Source: a virus
Lineage: Duplodnaviria; Heunggongvirae; Uroviricota; Caudoviricetes
IMG/VR virus record: IMGVR_UViG_3300029745_000341
Span: 64,001-128,000 of that record
Length of the DNA stretch: 64,000 nt
Reading direction: 5' to 3' (one strand)
Notes under the pieces: generated by a model
Database searches by the model: none
What the model was told of the DNA's origin: nothing
What the model saw: only the letters and a program-made list of their open reading frames with translations
Shown: in pieces, positions 38,377 through 47,973 of the stretch
Position numbering within the stretch: the stretch's first letter is position 1
How the letters are laid out: every line of letters begins with the position of its first letter
Program-made: the position numbers and the translations under genes

Positions 38377-39255
38377 TTATATTTTGCAACCACAATTTTC
38401 ACAATTATTGAGAACGTAAATCAATTTAGATGCTTTTTCGTATAATTGTTTTACATTTTCAAAATTCCCTAATCTCATATTGGCTTCAGCCGCAGCCAGC
38501 AGAAACTCTATTTCTTTTATTTTGTCAATAACGTCATCATCCTCATGATCGCATAACACAGTTGACCTGGCCCATATCTTATCTATGTTAAGACGGATCA
38601 GATCTGTTTTTAAATACTTTCTGTTAAATGAATAAGAGGAAGGACTGCCTTTTATGGTAATATCGTATATACCATCTTTTAGGTTTTCAAAATCATTTCC
38701 ACGACCTGGATTTATGCCAAGGGTCTTACTGTTGAATACATTCAACTGATTCTTACCAAGATAATAAACATACTTATTCTCGTCTTCAGGTGGCACAATC
38801 TCTATAATAGCCGGTCTGTCTGCCAGTATCCCCCATTCCGACTGATCGGCTATGCGAAGCGTTTTAGGGTTGTTGGTGCTTATAACCTCAAAATCAAGAT
38901 GGATGTTGTTCATACTCTCCTCCCATCCCATTCTGGCAAGGGAATCATCGTATCTGGCTGTTATATCAGCTCCCTCTACCTCAGTGCTATTAACACGTAC
39001 CTCGGTACCATTTATCTTGACTCCTACTATTTGGGCTACCAACGACTTAGCCATACCAAACATAGGAACAATGATTTCCCCGTTATAATCAGTTCCTTCA
39101 TTTGGATACTGTACTACTTCCGTCTTGTACAGGCCATCATTTCTTCTGGCTACTATTCTAATAACCATCTGATTTTCTACATCGTAGTCGGTCATTACTA
39201 TCCTGACATAGAAAATGTTATTTCTTATCTGTGGTAAAATATCGATATAATTCAT
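38377..39255 (-). CDS. Hypothetical structural protein
   Basis: 292 aa with promoter motif at 39270-39279. Confidence 0.55.
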   Translation of the reverse strand: MNYIDILPQIRNNIFYVRIVMTDYDVENQMVIRIVARRNDGLYKTEVVQYPNEGTDYNGEIIVPMFGMAKSLVAQIVGVKINGTEVRVNSTEVEGADITARYDDSLARMGWEESMNNIHLDFEVISTNNPKTLRIADQSEWGILADRPAIIEIVPPEDENKYVYYLGKNQLNVFNSKTLGINPGRGNDFENLKDGIYDITIKGSPSSYSFNRKYLKTDLIRLNIDKIWARSTVLCDHEDDDVIDKIKEIEFLLAAAEANMRLGNFENVKQLYEKASKLIYVLNNCENCGCKI

Positions 39256-39338
39256 AACTTACCTTTTTCCACAAAGATAAGTAAATGGGGTGATAAAAGT
39301 TTAAAATGTTGTGTATTAAATAAAATAGGACGTGATTA

Positions 39339-39791
39339 TTACCATATCCGATAATAGATTCCAGCGCCTAAGTAGGGGGAGAAGCCCTCGCGCCCAACCC
39401 CATACCCTGCCGTCAGTCCTATGCCCCAGCGCCGGCTCTTTTCGTATATTATTTCTTTTTTGTGGTAGATGATCATCGTGTCTAAATTAGGTCTGTATCC
39501 GCTTATAACAGCCCGATAATCATCTGTGTTGTATGTTTTTCTTTGTATAGGAATATTGATATAAACAGTGTCTTTTATCGTATCTTTTTCAACTATAGCA
39601 TCCATAGGGAAAGGTATTTCTACCTCCCCTACGTCAACTATATACTGAGGAACAGGAACAGGTTGGATAATGGTATCTATTACAGTATCTATTTTTATAT
39701 CGTATATTATTTCTTGTTTCTTGCATGTTTTACCAAACAAGAAAGATATAAAACACAGTAGAAGAACTCCTAACACATGCCTGGCTCTCAT
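39339..39791 (-). CDS. Membrane-anchored lysis-cassette protein (spanin-like)
   Basis: N-terminal TM, DTV/DTI repeats and C-terminal RWGIGLTAGYG...PYLGAGIYYRIW. Follows holin- and endolysin-like genes. Confidence 0.5.
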   Translation of the reverse strand: MRARHVLGVLLLCFISFLFGKTCKKQEIIYDIKIDTVIDTIIQPVPVPQYIVDVGEVEIPFPMDAIVEKDTIKDTVYINIPIQRKTYNTDDYRAVISGYRPNLDTMIIYHKKEIIYEKSRRWGIGLTAGYGVGREGFSPYLGAGIYYRIW

Positions 39792-40375
39792 TTTTTGCAA
39801 ACACATCTTTTACCCTCCTTATCTTCGTCTAAAAGTTCTTGTATATCACCGTTGTTAATACCTTCTTTAAGCTCTTCTCCGAATGGAACTTTTTGCCACC
39901 AACTTACTTTGCTAAAGAAATACTTAACACCTTTTACTATCATCAAATCAGGTGCAAGGTCGCCGAGGCGTTTGAATGCCATTCCACCGTATAATATTAA
40001 GGCGAATATCGTAATCCACTGAAGAAGCATGTCTATAAACTCTGGGGATTTATGCCCTCCCATAGACATAATAAGATCCATTCCGGATATGGTAAACAGC
40101 CCGAAAGAGCAGGCCGCGAACTCAAGAAGGATTTTCAAAACTCCAATTTCGCTTATGCATGTCAATATCTTAAAAGGCCTCTTTCTCTTTCTTCGGATAT
40201 AGCAGTGTTTGATACTTTTTATAGTAGCTAACAAAAGATTTATAGCTAATATAAACAATATAGAATATATAAGGTGGTGAATCTCCTGGAAATTCATCCA
40301 CAATGCTGATAATCCGGAAATGAGAAAAGCCCAGAAACTTTCTAAATTCATCCTTCCTACAAATCTGTAAGCCAT
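39788..40375 (-). CDS. Putative holin
   Basis: Multi-TM protein directly downstream of the endolysin. Confidence 0.55.
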   Translation of the reverse strand: MAYRFVGRMNLESFWAFLISGLSALWMNFQEIHHLIYSILFILAINLLLATIKSIKHCYIRRKRKRPFKILTCISEIGVLKILLEFAACSFGLFTISGMDLIMSMGGHKSPEFIDMLLQWITIFALILYGGMAFKRLGDLAPDLMIVKGVKYFFSKVSWWQKVPFGEELKEGINNGDIQELLDEDKEGKRCVCKK

Positions 40376-40376
40376 A

Positions 40377-40838
40377 TTAGAACATAGTTACTTTCTTGCT
40401 ACTTCCAAGAGAGTCATATACGTCAATATGGACCCAATTGGTACCTGATTCTAATCTAATGGGACAAGGAAGTAAATCCTGTGACTGAATTATTTTATTC
40501 CTTGTCTCTTCTGCCGTCATACCCTTGGCATCAAAATCGATGGCTGCCCCAAGCATATGAGGACTGATATACAAAGACCCTGATACGGTCTTGGATTTTA
40601 CTATGTCTGAGATATTGTTCCTAAACCCACGCTCATCAAACCTTCCGCCCGACTTCCAGGTATTAACCGTCATCGGAGTTTTCAAAATGTCTTTCCTTAA
40701 AACCAGTATCGTGTGAAGCAACTCAGTTCTTAAATACCTCCAGCAAAGATCTTTGTCTCTACCGTACTCTTTAGGACCAACTAATTCAACAATACTAAAA
40801 TACTGACTCAATTCTTTTATAATATCACTTCTTTCCAT
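40377..40838 (-). CDS. Endolysin, peptidase M15 family
   Basis: GFR...SPHMLGAAIDF...WVHID Zn-binding motifs. Confidence 0.85.
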   Translation of the reverse strand: MERSDIIKELSQYFSIVELVGPKEYGRDKDLCWRYLRTELLHTILVLRKDILKTPMTVNTWKSGGRFDERGFRNNISDIVKSKTVSGSLYISPHMLGAAIDFDAKGMTAEETRNKIIQSQDLLPCPIRLESGTNWVHIDVYDSLGSSKKVTMF

Positions 40839-40969
40839 AACTTAACCTTTTTCACAAAGATAATCAGAACCTTACCAAATATTAAAATAAGTAGAGTCTG
40901 GATTAAAGAAAAACCCCTGCATAAATAAATATACAGGGGTTATCCATAACATTAACAACAAATCACGAC

Positions 40970-42082
40970 CTAAACAACCCTTACATATCCTGCTGATACA
41001 AGATCAGAAAGATTCTCGTAAGCCAAAGGGATGCCTGAATCTCTTATGCAAAGATACTTAATTTCTTTGTCAATGTAATACTTTCCATTCTCTAAAATAG
41101 AATTATATACCCAAGGAATAGGATCGTCTATCGTACCTGAATGCTTTTCTTGAACAACCATATACAGGCTTTCAGTTCCACCTCCCTGACCAGGAACCCA
41201 GTCGGCTTGGAGATTGTGATTTTGCCTTACTTCAAACAGAGTCCAATCCAAATCCGAAGGTTTGTTTTTGCTACGGAAACGCTGCCCTTTTACAACAGCC
41301 GTGCCCATAGGAAGACCTTTGTCGCCGTAAACTCCATCCTTGTCCCAGATAGGGTACAATCCCTTTATCTTAAGAGCAAGATTCTGGTCGGTGTTTTCCA
41401 GCATAGCCGGCGTGTTGATCATCGCCCTCATGTACATAGCTGTAGCCTTCTCCGGATCATTGGCTTCAAGGATCTTATTTTTTTCTATGATCTGATCCTT
41501 TGTCCTTACCAACTTCTCAGGATAACCTTCATCCACTTTCATAGACTCAACTTCACTCCTGTCGGTTTTAGAAGTTATTTCCTTTTCTATGGCAGCAGTA
41601 CGATCGTTGCACTCAGATTCATATACATGCATTTCATTCATTGCCGTATTAGCAATATCAAGCTCGTATTCTGAATCTGCTACGGATACGGTGTATATCC
41701 CGCTTCCTTTTGCTACGTCAATATCGTTTTTAACCTTCTGTCTCATGCTGCTATTATACCATATCTGTTTACCATCCAAACTATAAGAACGAACGGCATC
41801 AGAATAAGCATATTCCCTGGCCTCAGAAACTTTCTTGTCCTTAGCCTTGGCAAGCAACTCCTCTTCAGTTGGTCCAGGAGGCTCCGGGTCAAGCTGCATA
41901 GCAATAACTTCTTTCACACTCGCATCAGGATTGTTTTGATGGAATTTTTCTTGATCGGAATCAAGTTGAACCCATTTCCCATCTAAGAAATCTTGGTAAG
42001 AATACCCTACTTCGTAAGAAGAGGAATCCAACTCGTATCCTTCCCAGTAAAAACCTTTTACGTTTTTATTTACATAAAGCAT
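40970..42082 (-). CDS. Tail-fibre-associated protein with a possible C-terminal carbohydrate-binding module
   Basis: LAKAKDKKVSEAREY...GYPEKL and HSGTIDDPIPW...GKYY...YLCIRDSG patterns. Confidence 0.5.
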   Translation of the reverse strand: MLYVNKNVKGFYWEGYELDSSSYEVGYSYQDFLDGKWVQLDSDQEKFHQNNPDASVKEVIAMQLDPEPPGPTEEELLAKAKDKKVSEAREYAYSDAVRSYSLDGKQIWYNSSMRQKVKNDIDVAKGSGIYTVSVADSEYELDIANTAMNEMHVYESECNDRTAAIEKEITSKTDRSEVESMKVDEGYPEKLVRTKDQIIEKNKILEANDPEKATAMYMRAMINTPAMLENTDQNLALKIKGLYPIWDKDGVYGDKGLPMGTAVVKGQRFRSKNKPSDLDWTLFEVRQNHNLQADWVPGQGGGTESLYMVVQEKHSGTIDDPIPWVYNSILENGKYYIDKEIKYLCIRDSGIPLAYENLSDLVSAGYVRVV

Positions 42083-42097
42083 ACTCTATCCTTTCTA

Positions 42098-43159
42098 TTA
42101 AGCTTGTTCACCCACTCTGATAACCAACTTATCATTGATATACCAGATACTTAATTCTATAAAACTGTTTTTAGGTACTACTACGCTATCGCCTGACATG
42201 CTCTGGAACTGGCCAGAGGTAGGAAGCGGCTGCGTGATGTCTGTGCCGGTGGTGTTGTTGACCCGCACCTGCCATTCCCTCCCAACATACTCAGAAGATA
42301 CGGTCATAGACAGATTCGTAGCAGAAGCGACGTTGGCTATGATATTATGAGCACCTTTTGGTAAATTTGCCAATGTTGTAACAACCTTAGGGGGCATAGC
42401 CATAAAATTCAAATAAGACAATATCGTATTAGACAACTGAACCATATTGTTCATAACCTCATATGTCTTATCTTGAATAACAACAAAAGTCCCCACCTGA
42501 ATTTGTATATCATATTCAGATGCGCCTACCGCTGAGTCGGCATTAGCAAATGAGGCAAATACTATTTTTAATTTAAAATTATTTTCAAAATCATTACCTT
42601 CTAAAAAATAATTCAAATAATAATAATCACCAGCTAACTTACCTAATGTGATATTATTATTGTATGCATCCAAAACTTTTGCAAACGAACCTTCATCAAG
42701 TGTTCCTGAATTACCTGAAAACATAGATAGATCAAGATAATTCGAATCTACTCCGGTACTTACCATACCAAGAGATTCAAGCACCTTACCACCACTTTCT
42801 TCAGTAACCAAAATATATTCGTTATACACGTTTTTGGTTTCTGTAGATGCCACATCATCTTTTACAAGATACATGACATTATCCTTCGCCTCTTCAACAG
42901 TAGGAAGTTTGCTAACAATCTGCTTCTTCCACCCTGCTGCCGATACAGCATCATCTATATACTTCTTGTTTACATAATCGCCCCATGTCATGTTACTAAG
43001 AAGAGTCTTGCTACCGTCTTGACTTCCGGCAGGGGGAGCCGGAATGAGGCCTCCCTTGCCCGACTCCGAACTTGTTCCAGGAGCGGCCTGCACCACATTC
43101 TCAAGTCTGGAATCAACCTCCAGACCTTCGAATTTACTGTTATAACCTACTTCTGCCAT
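42098..43159 (-). CDS. Putative tail fibre protein
   Basis: GGLIPAPPAG...LLSNMTW and IVSKLP...NVMYLV...YNEYI are common fibre motifs. Confidence 0.6.
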   Translation of the reverse strand: MAEVGYNSKFEGLEVDSRLENVVQAAPGTSSESGKGGLIPAPPAGSQDGSKTLLSNMTWGDYVNKKYIDDAVSAAGWKKQIVSKLPTVEEAKDNVMYLVKDDVASTETKNVYNEYILVTEESGGKVLESLGMVSTGVDSNYLDLSMFSGNSGTLDEGSFAKVLDAYNNNITLGKLAGDYYYLNYFLEGNDFENNFKLKIVFASFANADSAVGASEYDIQIQVGTFVVIQDKTYEVMNNMVQLSNTILSYLNFMAMPPKVVTTLANLPKGAHNIIANVASATNLSMTVSSEYVGREWQVRVNNTTGTDITQPLPTSGQFQSMSGDSVVVPKNSFIELSIWYINDKLVIRVGEQA

Positions 43160-43162
43160 TTT

Positions 43163-43381
43163 TTATTTCTTGTTAATTTTGTCCAACAATTTCTTGATCT
43201 GGTCTACGATGTCCATCACCGCGCCAACCTTATTTTTTACGTCCTCAACCTTCTGATCGATCTTAGAATCCAAAGCCTTTAAACGGTCTTCGTTTTTACG
43301 ATACACTAAATACAGGGCTAAACCGATGATTGCTATCGTAAGGATATTAGCCAAAACGCATCCGATTATTATTTGAAACAT
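43163..43381 (-). CDS. Small membrane-anchored coiled-coil protein
   Basis: N-terminal TM plus coiled coil. Confidence 0.55.
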   Translation of the reverse strand: MFQIIIGCVLANILTIAIIGLALYLVYRKNEDRLKALDSKIDQKVEDVKNKVGAVMDIVDQIKKLLDKINKK

Positions 43382-43466
43382 GATGATTATATGGTAGATA
43401 ACGCTACCACACGCTTTAATTATTCAACTTTTTACAAATATAGTAATTACCCCAACCATAACAAGA

Positions 43467-43739
43467 TCAAAGACGCTCGTCATTAACATCAGACACCCAT
43501 TCTTTAGATGAAAGAACAGATTCAAACTCAGAAGAAGGGCTGTCATATACCGGATACGGATATTGAGGTTCGTCATCAGCCTGCGTGTCTAAAGACTTAA
43601 ATAGAAGGTCATAATGTTCTACATGTAAAATAACTTTAGAGCCATCTACGCTCGCTCTTGGGCTGCCTATTCCTAATTCACGTCTCTTTTCTTCAGATAC
43701 GGAATTATATACTTCTTTTGGTATGATAATGAATTTCAT
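43467..43739 (-). CDS. Hypothetical protein
   Basis: 90-aa ORF. Confidence 0.55.
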   Translation of the reverse strand: MKFIIIPKEVYNSVSEEKRRELGIGSPRASVDGSKVILHVEHYDLLFKSLDTQADDEPQYPYPVYDSPSSEFESVLSSKEWVSDVNDERL

Positions 43740-43740
43740 A

Positions 43741-45843
43741 TTATTTTGCTTTTAAAGTTTGTAAATAGTTGTATGCTTTGATACATTCGTCTTTGGAAAA
43801 TACTTTATTCATATACAAAGCCATATTTTTAAATAACATATGACAAAACTCCGTACCTCCTTGTCCTCCGATATTTACTCCAGATGTTCCTTTATTTCCA
43901 TCACCGTATAATAAATCAACTTCATTCCAATTTTCATCATAACCCTTTCCTTTAGACGTTATAGCTTTAAATGTCATATAGTCAGTGATATTTTTCTTGT
44001 TTTCAAAAGTTGAATTTATCATTACAGTAGCACCTCTATTGTATCTATTTTGTATATATAAATGAGACGGACTATTTATACCAGCCACAGTATTATCTTT
44101 TTGAATGAATTTCCATTCACCTATAAATGTAAAATCTGCTTCGCAAACGAAAGTATTGGAAGATGCTATATCATCCACCCCATCAGTAACCATATAGCCT
44201 TCGTATTGAAATGGTAAGAGTTCTATGGTAACTGGGGTGGTTGGAAGATTTTCTGTTAAAGAAGATTGCAATGAAAACCCATATGGCTTATCAACAGGAG
44301 GTAAATCTATGGCATAGATTCCATCGGATGTATATGTGAGATCATATGTAGCGGCATAACCAAAAGCAAGAACATCACCTTCTGTCATGCCAGTAAGTTT
44401 AAACCGTAGTTTAATACCATTTACTAACGCTTTATTACCCCAAAAACACTTACCAATAGAATTAATAGGTATTCGTTTATCATGAGAAATATTATAGTTA
44501 TCAATAATATTCCATCCTCCACCTTCTATTTCTCCATTGGTTGCCTTAAATTCATTACCAAAATATTGATAATACAACCCATACCCGCTCCCTTCTGCAA
44601 ACCCAAAATTAGACAGTACAAGATCATTACCATTGCCCGTAATGTTGGCAATAGTAGCACGATCTTCGTCCTCGTTGGTCTTGCCGGTGACTGTCCATGC
44701 CTGGTCGGGGAAGAGCCAGGGATAGGTTTTGACGAAATAGTCTTTGATCTTGGTCAGTTCTTCTTCGGTGGCGTCGTGATCGAGAAATACAAGTTCCCAG
44801 ATAGCAGCGTTAATACAAGTTCCTACATTAGTTGGAGCTAATTTCCCAACATGTAGCACATCTGTTCCTTCAAAATTACCAGTTGTAATCGAAACACCAT
44901 TATAACTTTTAGATGTCTGATAAGTAAAGATGTGTGGTAAATCATTTTCACTCCCTATTGCTCCAAAAGATATAGGCTTATTAAAATGATCGGCTTGTAT
45001 ATTTCTATATTCTAACAAGAAGGCACCATTATTGATCCAATTCTTTACATTAGATACTAATCCTAATGCTCCTTCTCCCCTTGTAATCCACTGTCTCAAC
45101 GCCACAACCGTATATCCCTTTTCCTTAGTCAGAATAGGGAAGTTATCACAGACACCGTAATCGTCTACTCCGTCAAAGACGAGTGCACCGGGGTAGAGGG
45201 GAAGTTGTTCAACGGTAAGTTTAGATCCATACCATCTTTCAGGATATTTTTCTATAGATAAATAGAGAGCTTCTGCCAAAAAGTTAGACGGAATTATTTC
45301 ATACACACCATCTTCTGACATGTAAAAACGATTGCCCAATCGATCATCCAAAAAAGCATCGCAACCTTCTGGTATGCCTGTTACTTTTAAAACGCAAGAT
45401 TGACGTAATTTTATATTATGGTACAATAAACCCAATGAGACATTTTCTTTAAATGTTGCTGTTATTTTAATGCTGTTTCTTTCAAAATAAGCCGCCGTTG
45501 AATTTGTGCCCCACTCATCTATGTCTACAACATACCCGCCAATTCCGGACATCCCCTTCCAAGAGAAGTTTTTCAACTGTAGATCGTGTCCATTGCCCGT
45601 CTTATCAACCCATACGGGATTGGCAGCCATCTGTTCATTAGTGAGACCAGAAGCGGAATATCTGGCTACGATACCTTCTATATCCGGGAAGGAATCTGCA
45701 TTGCATGGCAGGTCTAATATCATTTTCGCATACTCCTTAAAAGGTATTGAAGTAGGTACATCATACCCTTTGGATATAAGGGCTTGCCTTATATCCTCTT
45801 TGGTATTTATGATCCTCATTAACTTATCTGATATGGTTCCCAT
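43741..45843 (-). CDS. Putative receptor-binding/fibre protein with two ConA/LamG-like repeats
   Basis: Duplicated TGNG.DL.L.NF...G.G...(F/T)DGVDD units, each with a variable insert. Confidence 0.6.
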   Translation of the reverse strand: MGTISDKLMRIINTKEDIRQALISKGYDVPTSIPFKEYAKMILDLPCNADSFPDIEGIVARYSASGLTNEQMAANPVWVDKTGNGHDLQLKNFSWKGMSGIGGYVVDIDEWGTNSTAAYFERNSIKITATFKENVSLGLLYHNIKLRQSCVLKVTGIPEGCDAFLDDRLGNRFYMSEDGVYEIIPSNFLAEALYLSIEKYPERWYGSKLTVEQLPLYPGALVFDGVDDYGVCDNFPILTKEKGYTVVALRQWITRGEGALGLVSNVKNWINNGAFLLEYRNIQADHFNKPISFGAIGSENDLPHIFTYQTSKSYNGVSITTGNFEGTDVLHVGKLAPTNVGTCINAAIWELVFLDHDATEEELTKIKDYFVKTYPWLFPDQAWTVTGKTNEDEDRATIANITGNGNDLVLSNFGFAEGSGYGLYYQYFGNEFKATNGEIEGGGWNIIDNYNISHDKRIPINSIGKCFWGNKALVNGIKLRFKLTGMTEGDVLAFGYAATYDLTYTSDGIYAIDLPPVDKPYGFSLQSSLTENLPTTPVTIELLPFQYEGYMVTDGVDDIASSNTFVCEADFTFIGEWKFIQKDNTVAGINSPSHLYIQNRYNRGATVMINSTFENKKNITDYMTFKAITSKGKGYDENWNEVDLLYGDGNKGTSGVNIGGQGGTEFCHMLFKNMALYMNKVFSKDECIKAYNYLQTLKAK

Positions 45844-46127
45844 TACACTTCCTCCCCATTTATGTAATCTAATACCTGACCTATGTCTCCGATGTCTGAT
45901 TTTATTGACTCTCCTTGAGAATGTATTTCAATAAGTTTCTGATATAAAGTGTTATCCCCTATACGATTCTTATCTGTAGCTTGTTCTTCGATTTTGGCTA
46001 TCGTATCAGGATCTTCGTACTTAACACCATCAGGACCATACCATTCGTCTGTTAAATTCGTGTATTTATGACGGACTGGAGTCGGTTTAGACTCCAGTGT
46101 TACTAAAAAATATTCGTTACAGCTCAT
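45843..46127 (-). CDS. Hypothetical protein
   Basis: ATG at 46127 (MSCNEY). Confidence 0.55.
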   Translation of the reverse strand: MSCNEYFLVTLESKPTPVRHKYTNLTDEWYGPDGVKYEDPDTIAKIEEQATDKNRIGDNTLYQKLIEIHSQGESIKSDIGDIGQVLDYINGEEV

Positions 46128-46138
46128 GACAATAAGAT

Positions 46139-47881
46139 TTAGTGGTTGCAACAATTACATCTACAAACTGTTCTCACGTAGCCAGAGGGAATAACCGCCA
46201 GCTCCGTCCCTACGGCTATCGCCGGGTCAGTGCTTTCCATGACCGTCAGCGCCATCTTGTCCACGTCAAGGTCATTGTCGTAAACGATTTCTCCCTCAAC
46301 GTAGATGCTCCCCGCATCAGAAACGTAGCAGTTTTTCACCTGTCTTATATGGCGCTGTGTAGCAGACGCAAAATCACACTCGATACTTAACCACCCTACC
46401 GGTATCTGATCAATATTGGATCCGATATTGTAATCAGGATCGGTTGTTTTAAGAACCATATGTCTCAATTCCCTTGTATTCCCGTATCCGTCCATTGTTA
46501 TGTATGTCCGGATCTGAACCTTGCCCTTTTCCGTCTTATAGCAGTTTTCTACTATTTCCGTGTCGGATGTAGTAGCATCAGGGAAATCACAAACAATACG
46601 CTGCCATCCTTCTTGTATTTTGCTGAATGTGGCGCCTCTTTGTATATCAGGGTCGGTAGTTTCTAAGACAATAAGATACTCGTCCCGGACACCTATTATG
46701 CTATCTACCGACCTATATCCACCAAGATGTATTTTACCACCAGGAGTAGTATAACATTCATCTACGGACATAATATGTCTTTCCGTAAGATCAGGAAAAT
46801 CGCATTCGGTTTTCGTCCATTCGTTAGGTATCTTATCTATTCTCGTCCACTGAGGATAGGCGTCGTCCGTTGTCTTAACAATATAATAATACTGTTCCCT
46901 TACACCAAGAACGGCATCAATAGCTTGATAACCTTTTATATTGACCTTGCCACCATCAGTCTTATAACATTCGTCCACTTCAACAATTTCCCTGTCCGTC
47001 ATGTCAGGAAAATCGCAGACCATCCTCACCCAATCTTCGGGAATGGAATCCAGCACGGTTCCTACCTTAATATCAGGATCAGTTGACTGAAGAACGGTAT
47101 AAACCTCTTCCCTGGCTCCAAGGATGTTATCTATGGCTACCAAACCTTCTACTTGAACTTTTCCTTTTTTAGTAGTGTAACATTCAAGAACGTAAGTTAC
47201 GTCTCGTTCTGTCATGTCAGGAAAGTCACAAACCATTCGAACCCAATTCTCTGGAATTAGTTTAAAAACATGGCCGGCAGGGAAATTATCGTCCGTCGAC
47301 TGAATAACGGTATAAATAGACTCCCTGATATTTATCTTATCATCTATGGCTTCCAATCCTTCTATTTCAACCTTACCATCCGGAGTCTTATAACATCTGT
47401 TAACGAATGTAATATCGCGTTCTGTCATATCAGGAAGATCGCAGTCGATCATAACCCACTCGTCCGGTATTTTAGTAAGAACCTTACCTACCGGATTATC
47501 CATGTCGGTACTGTCGGTAATTCTATGGGTTTCTTTAAGAACATCCATCTGATCGTTAAGAAGATACCAACTCCATACTTCAACCTTTCCACCAGGTGTA
47601 CGGTAACAGGTATTGAAATCTTTGATAACTTTCTCAGCTATGTTAATCCACTCCCATTCGGTTGTGGCCGGAATACCAGAAACAGGATGCTTCTTGCCTT
47701 CTTCGTCAAGATACCAATAACAGCCATTTAAGGACACAACCACTTGGTAGATTTTGTCCCCTATTTTTATACCGGATTTGCTGTCATCTACCGGTTGGGA
47801 GGAACCCCATTTTCCAACTATGTTGGTTATTTTATCAATGCCCCTACCAAAGGCACCGGATAAAAAATCCACGCCGTTCAT
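46139..47881 (-). CDS. Protein with seven ~71-aa tandem repeats
   Basis: Unit CY.T..GKV...G....D.....RE..Y.V..(S/T)TD....G.....IP..W....CDFPD.T.R. Confidence 0.7.
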   Translation of the reverse strand: MNGVDFLSGAFGRGIDKITNIVGKWGSSQPVDDSKSGIKIGDKIYQVVVSLNGCYWYLDEEGKKHPVSGIPATTEWEWINIAEKVIKDFNTCYRTPGGKVEVWSWYLLNDQMDVLKETHRITDSTDMDNPVGKVLTKIPDEWVMIDCDLPDMTERDITFVNRCYKTPDGKVEIEGLEAIDDKINIRESIYTVIQSTDDNFPAGHVFKLIPENWVRMVCDFPDMTERDVTYVLECYTTKKGKVQVEGLVAIDNILGAREEVYTVLQSTDPDIKVGTVLDSIPEDWVRMVCDFPDMTDREIVEVDECYKTDGGKVNIKGYQAIDAVLGVREQYYYIVKTTDDAYPQWTRIDKIPNEWTKTECDFPDLTERHIMSVDECYTTPGGKIHLGGYRSVDSIIGVRDEYLIVLETTDPDIQRGATFSKIQEGWQRIVCDFPDATTSDTEIVENCYKTEKGKVQIRTYITMDGYGNTRELRHMVLKTTDPDYNIGSNIDQIPVGWLSIECDFASATQRHIRQVKNCYVSDAGSIYVEGEIVYDNDLDVDKMALTVMESTDPAIAVGTELAVIPSGYVRTVCRCNCCNH

Positions 47882-47973
47882 ATGAAATTGATCTATTTCA
47901 AATTATTTTATTACAAAAAAGGGGGTGGAGGACCAGCCTCCTCCCCCTTGGGATATATAGAAAAAAAGGAAAA

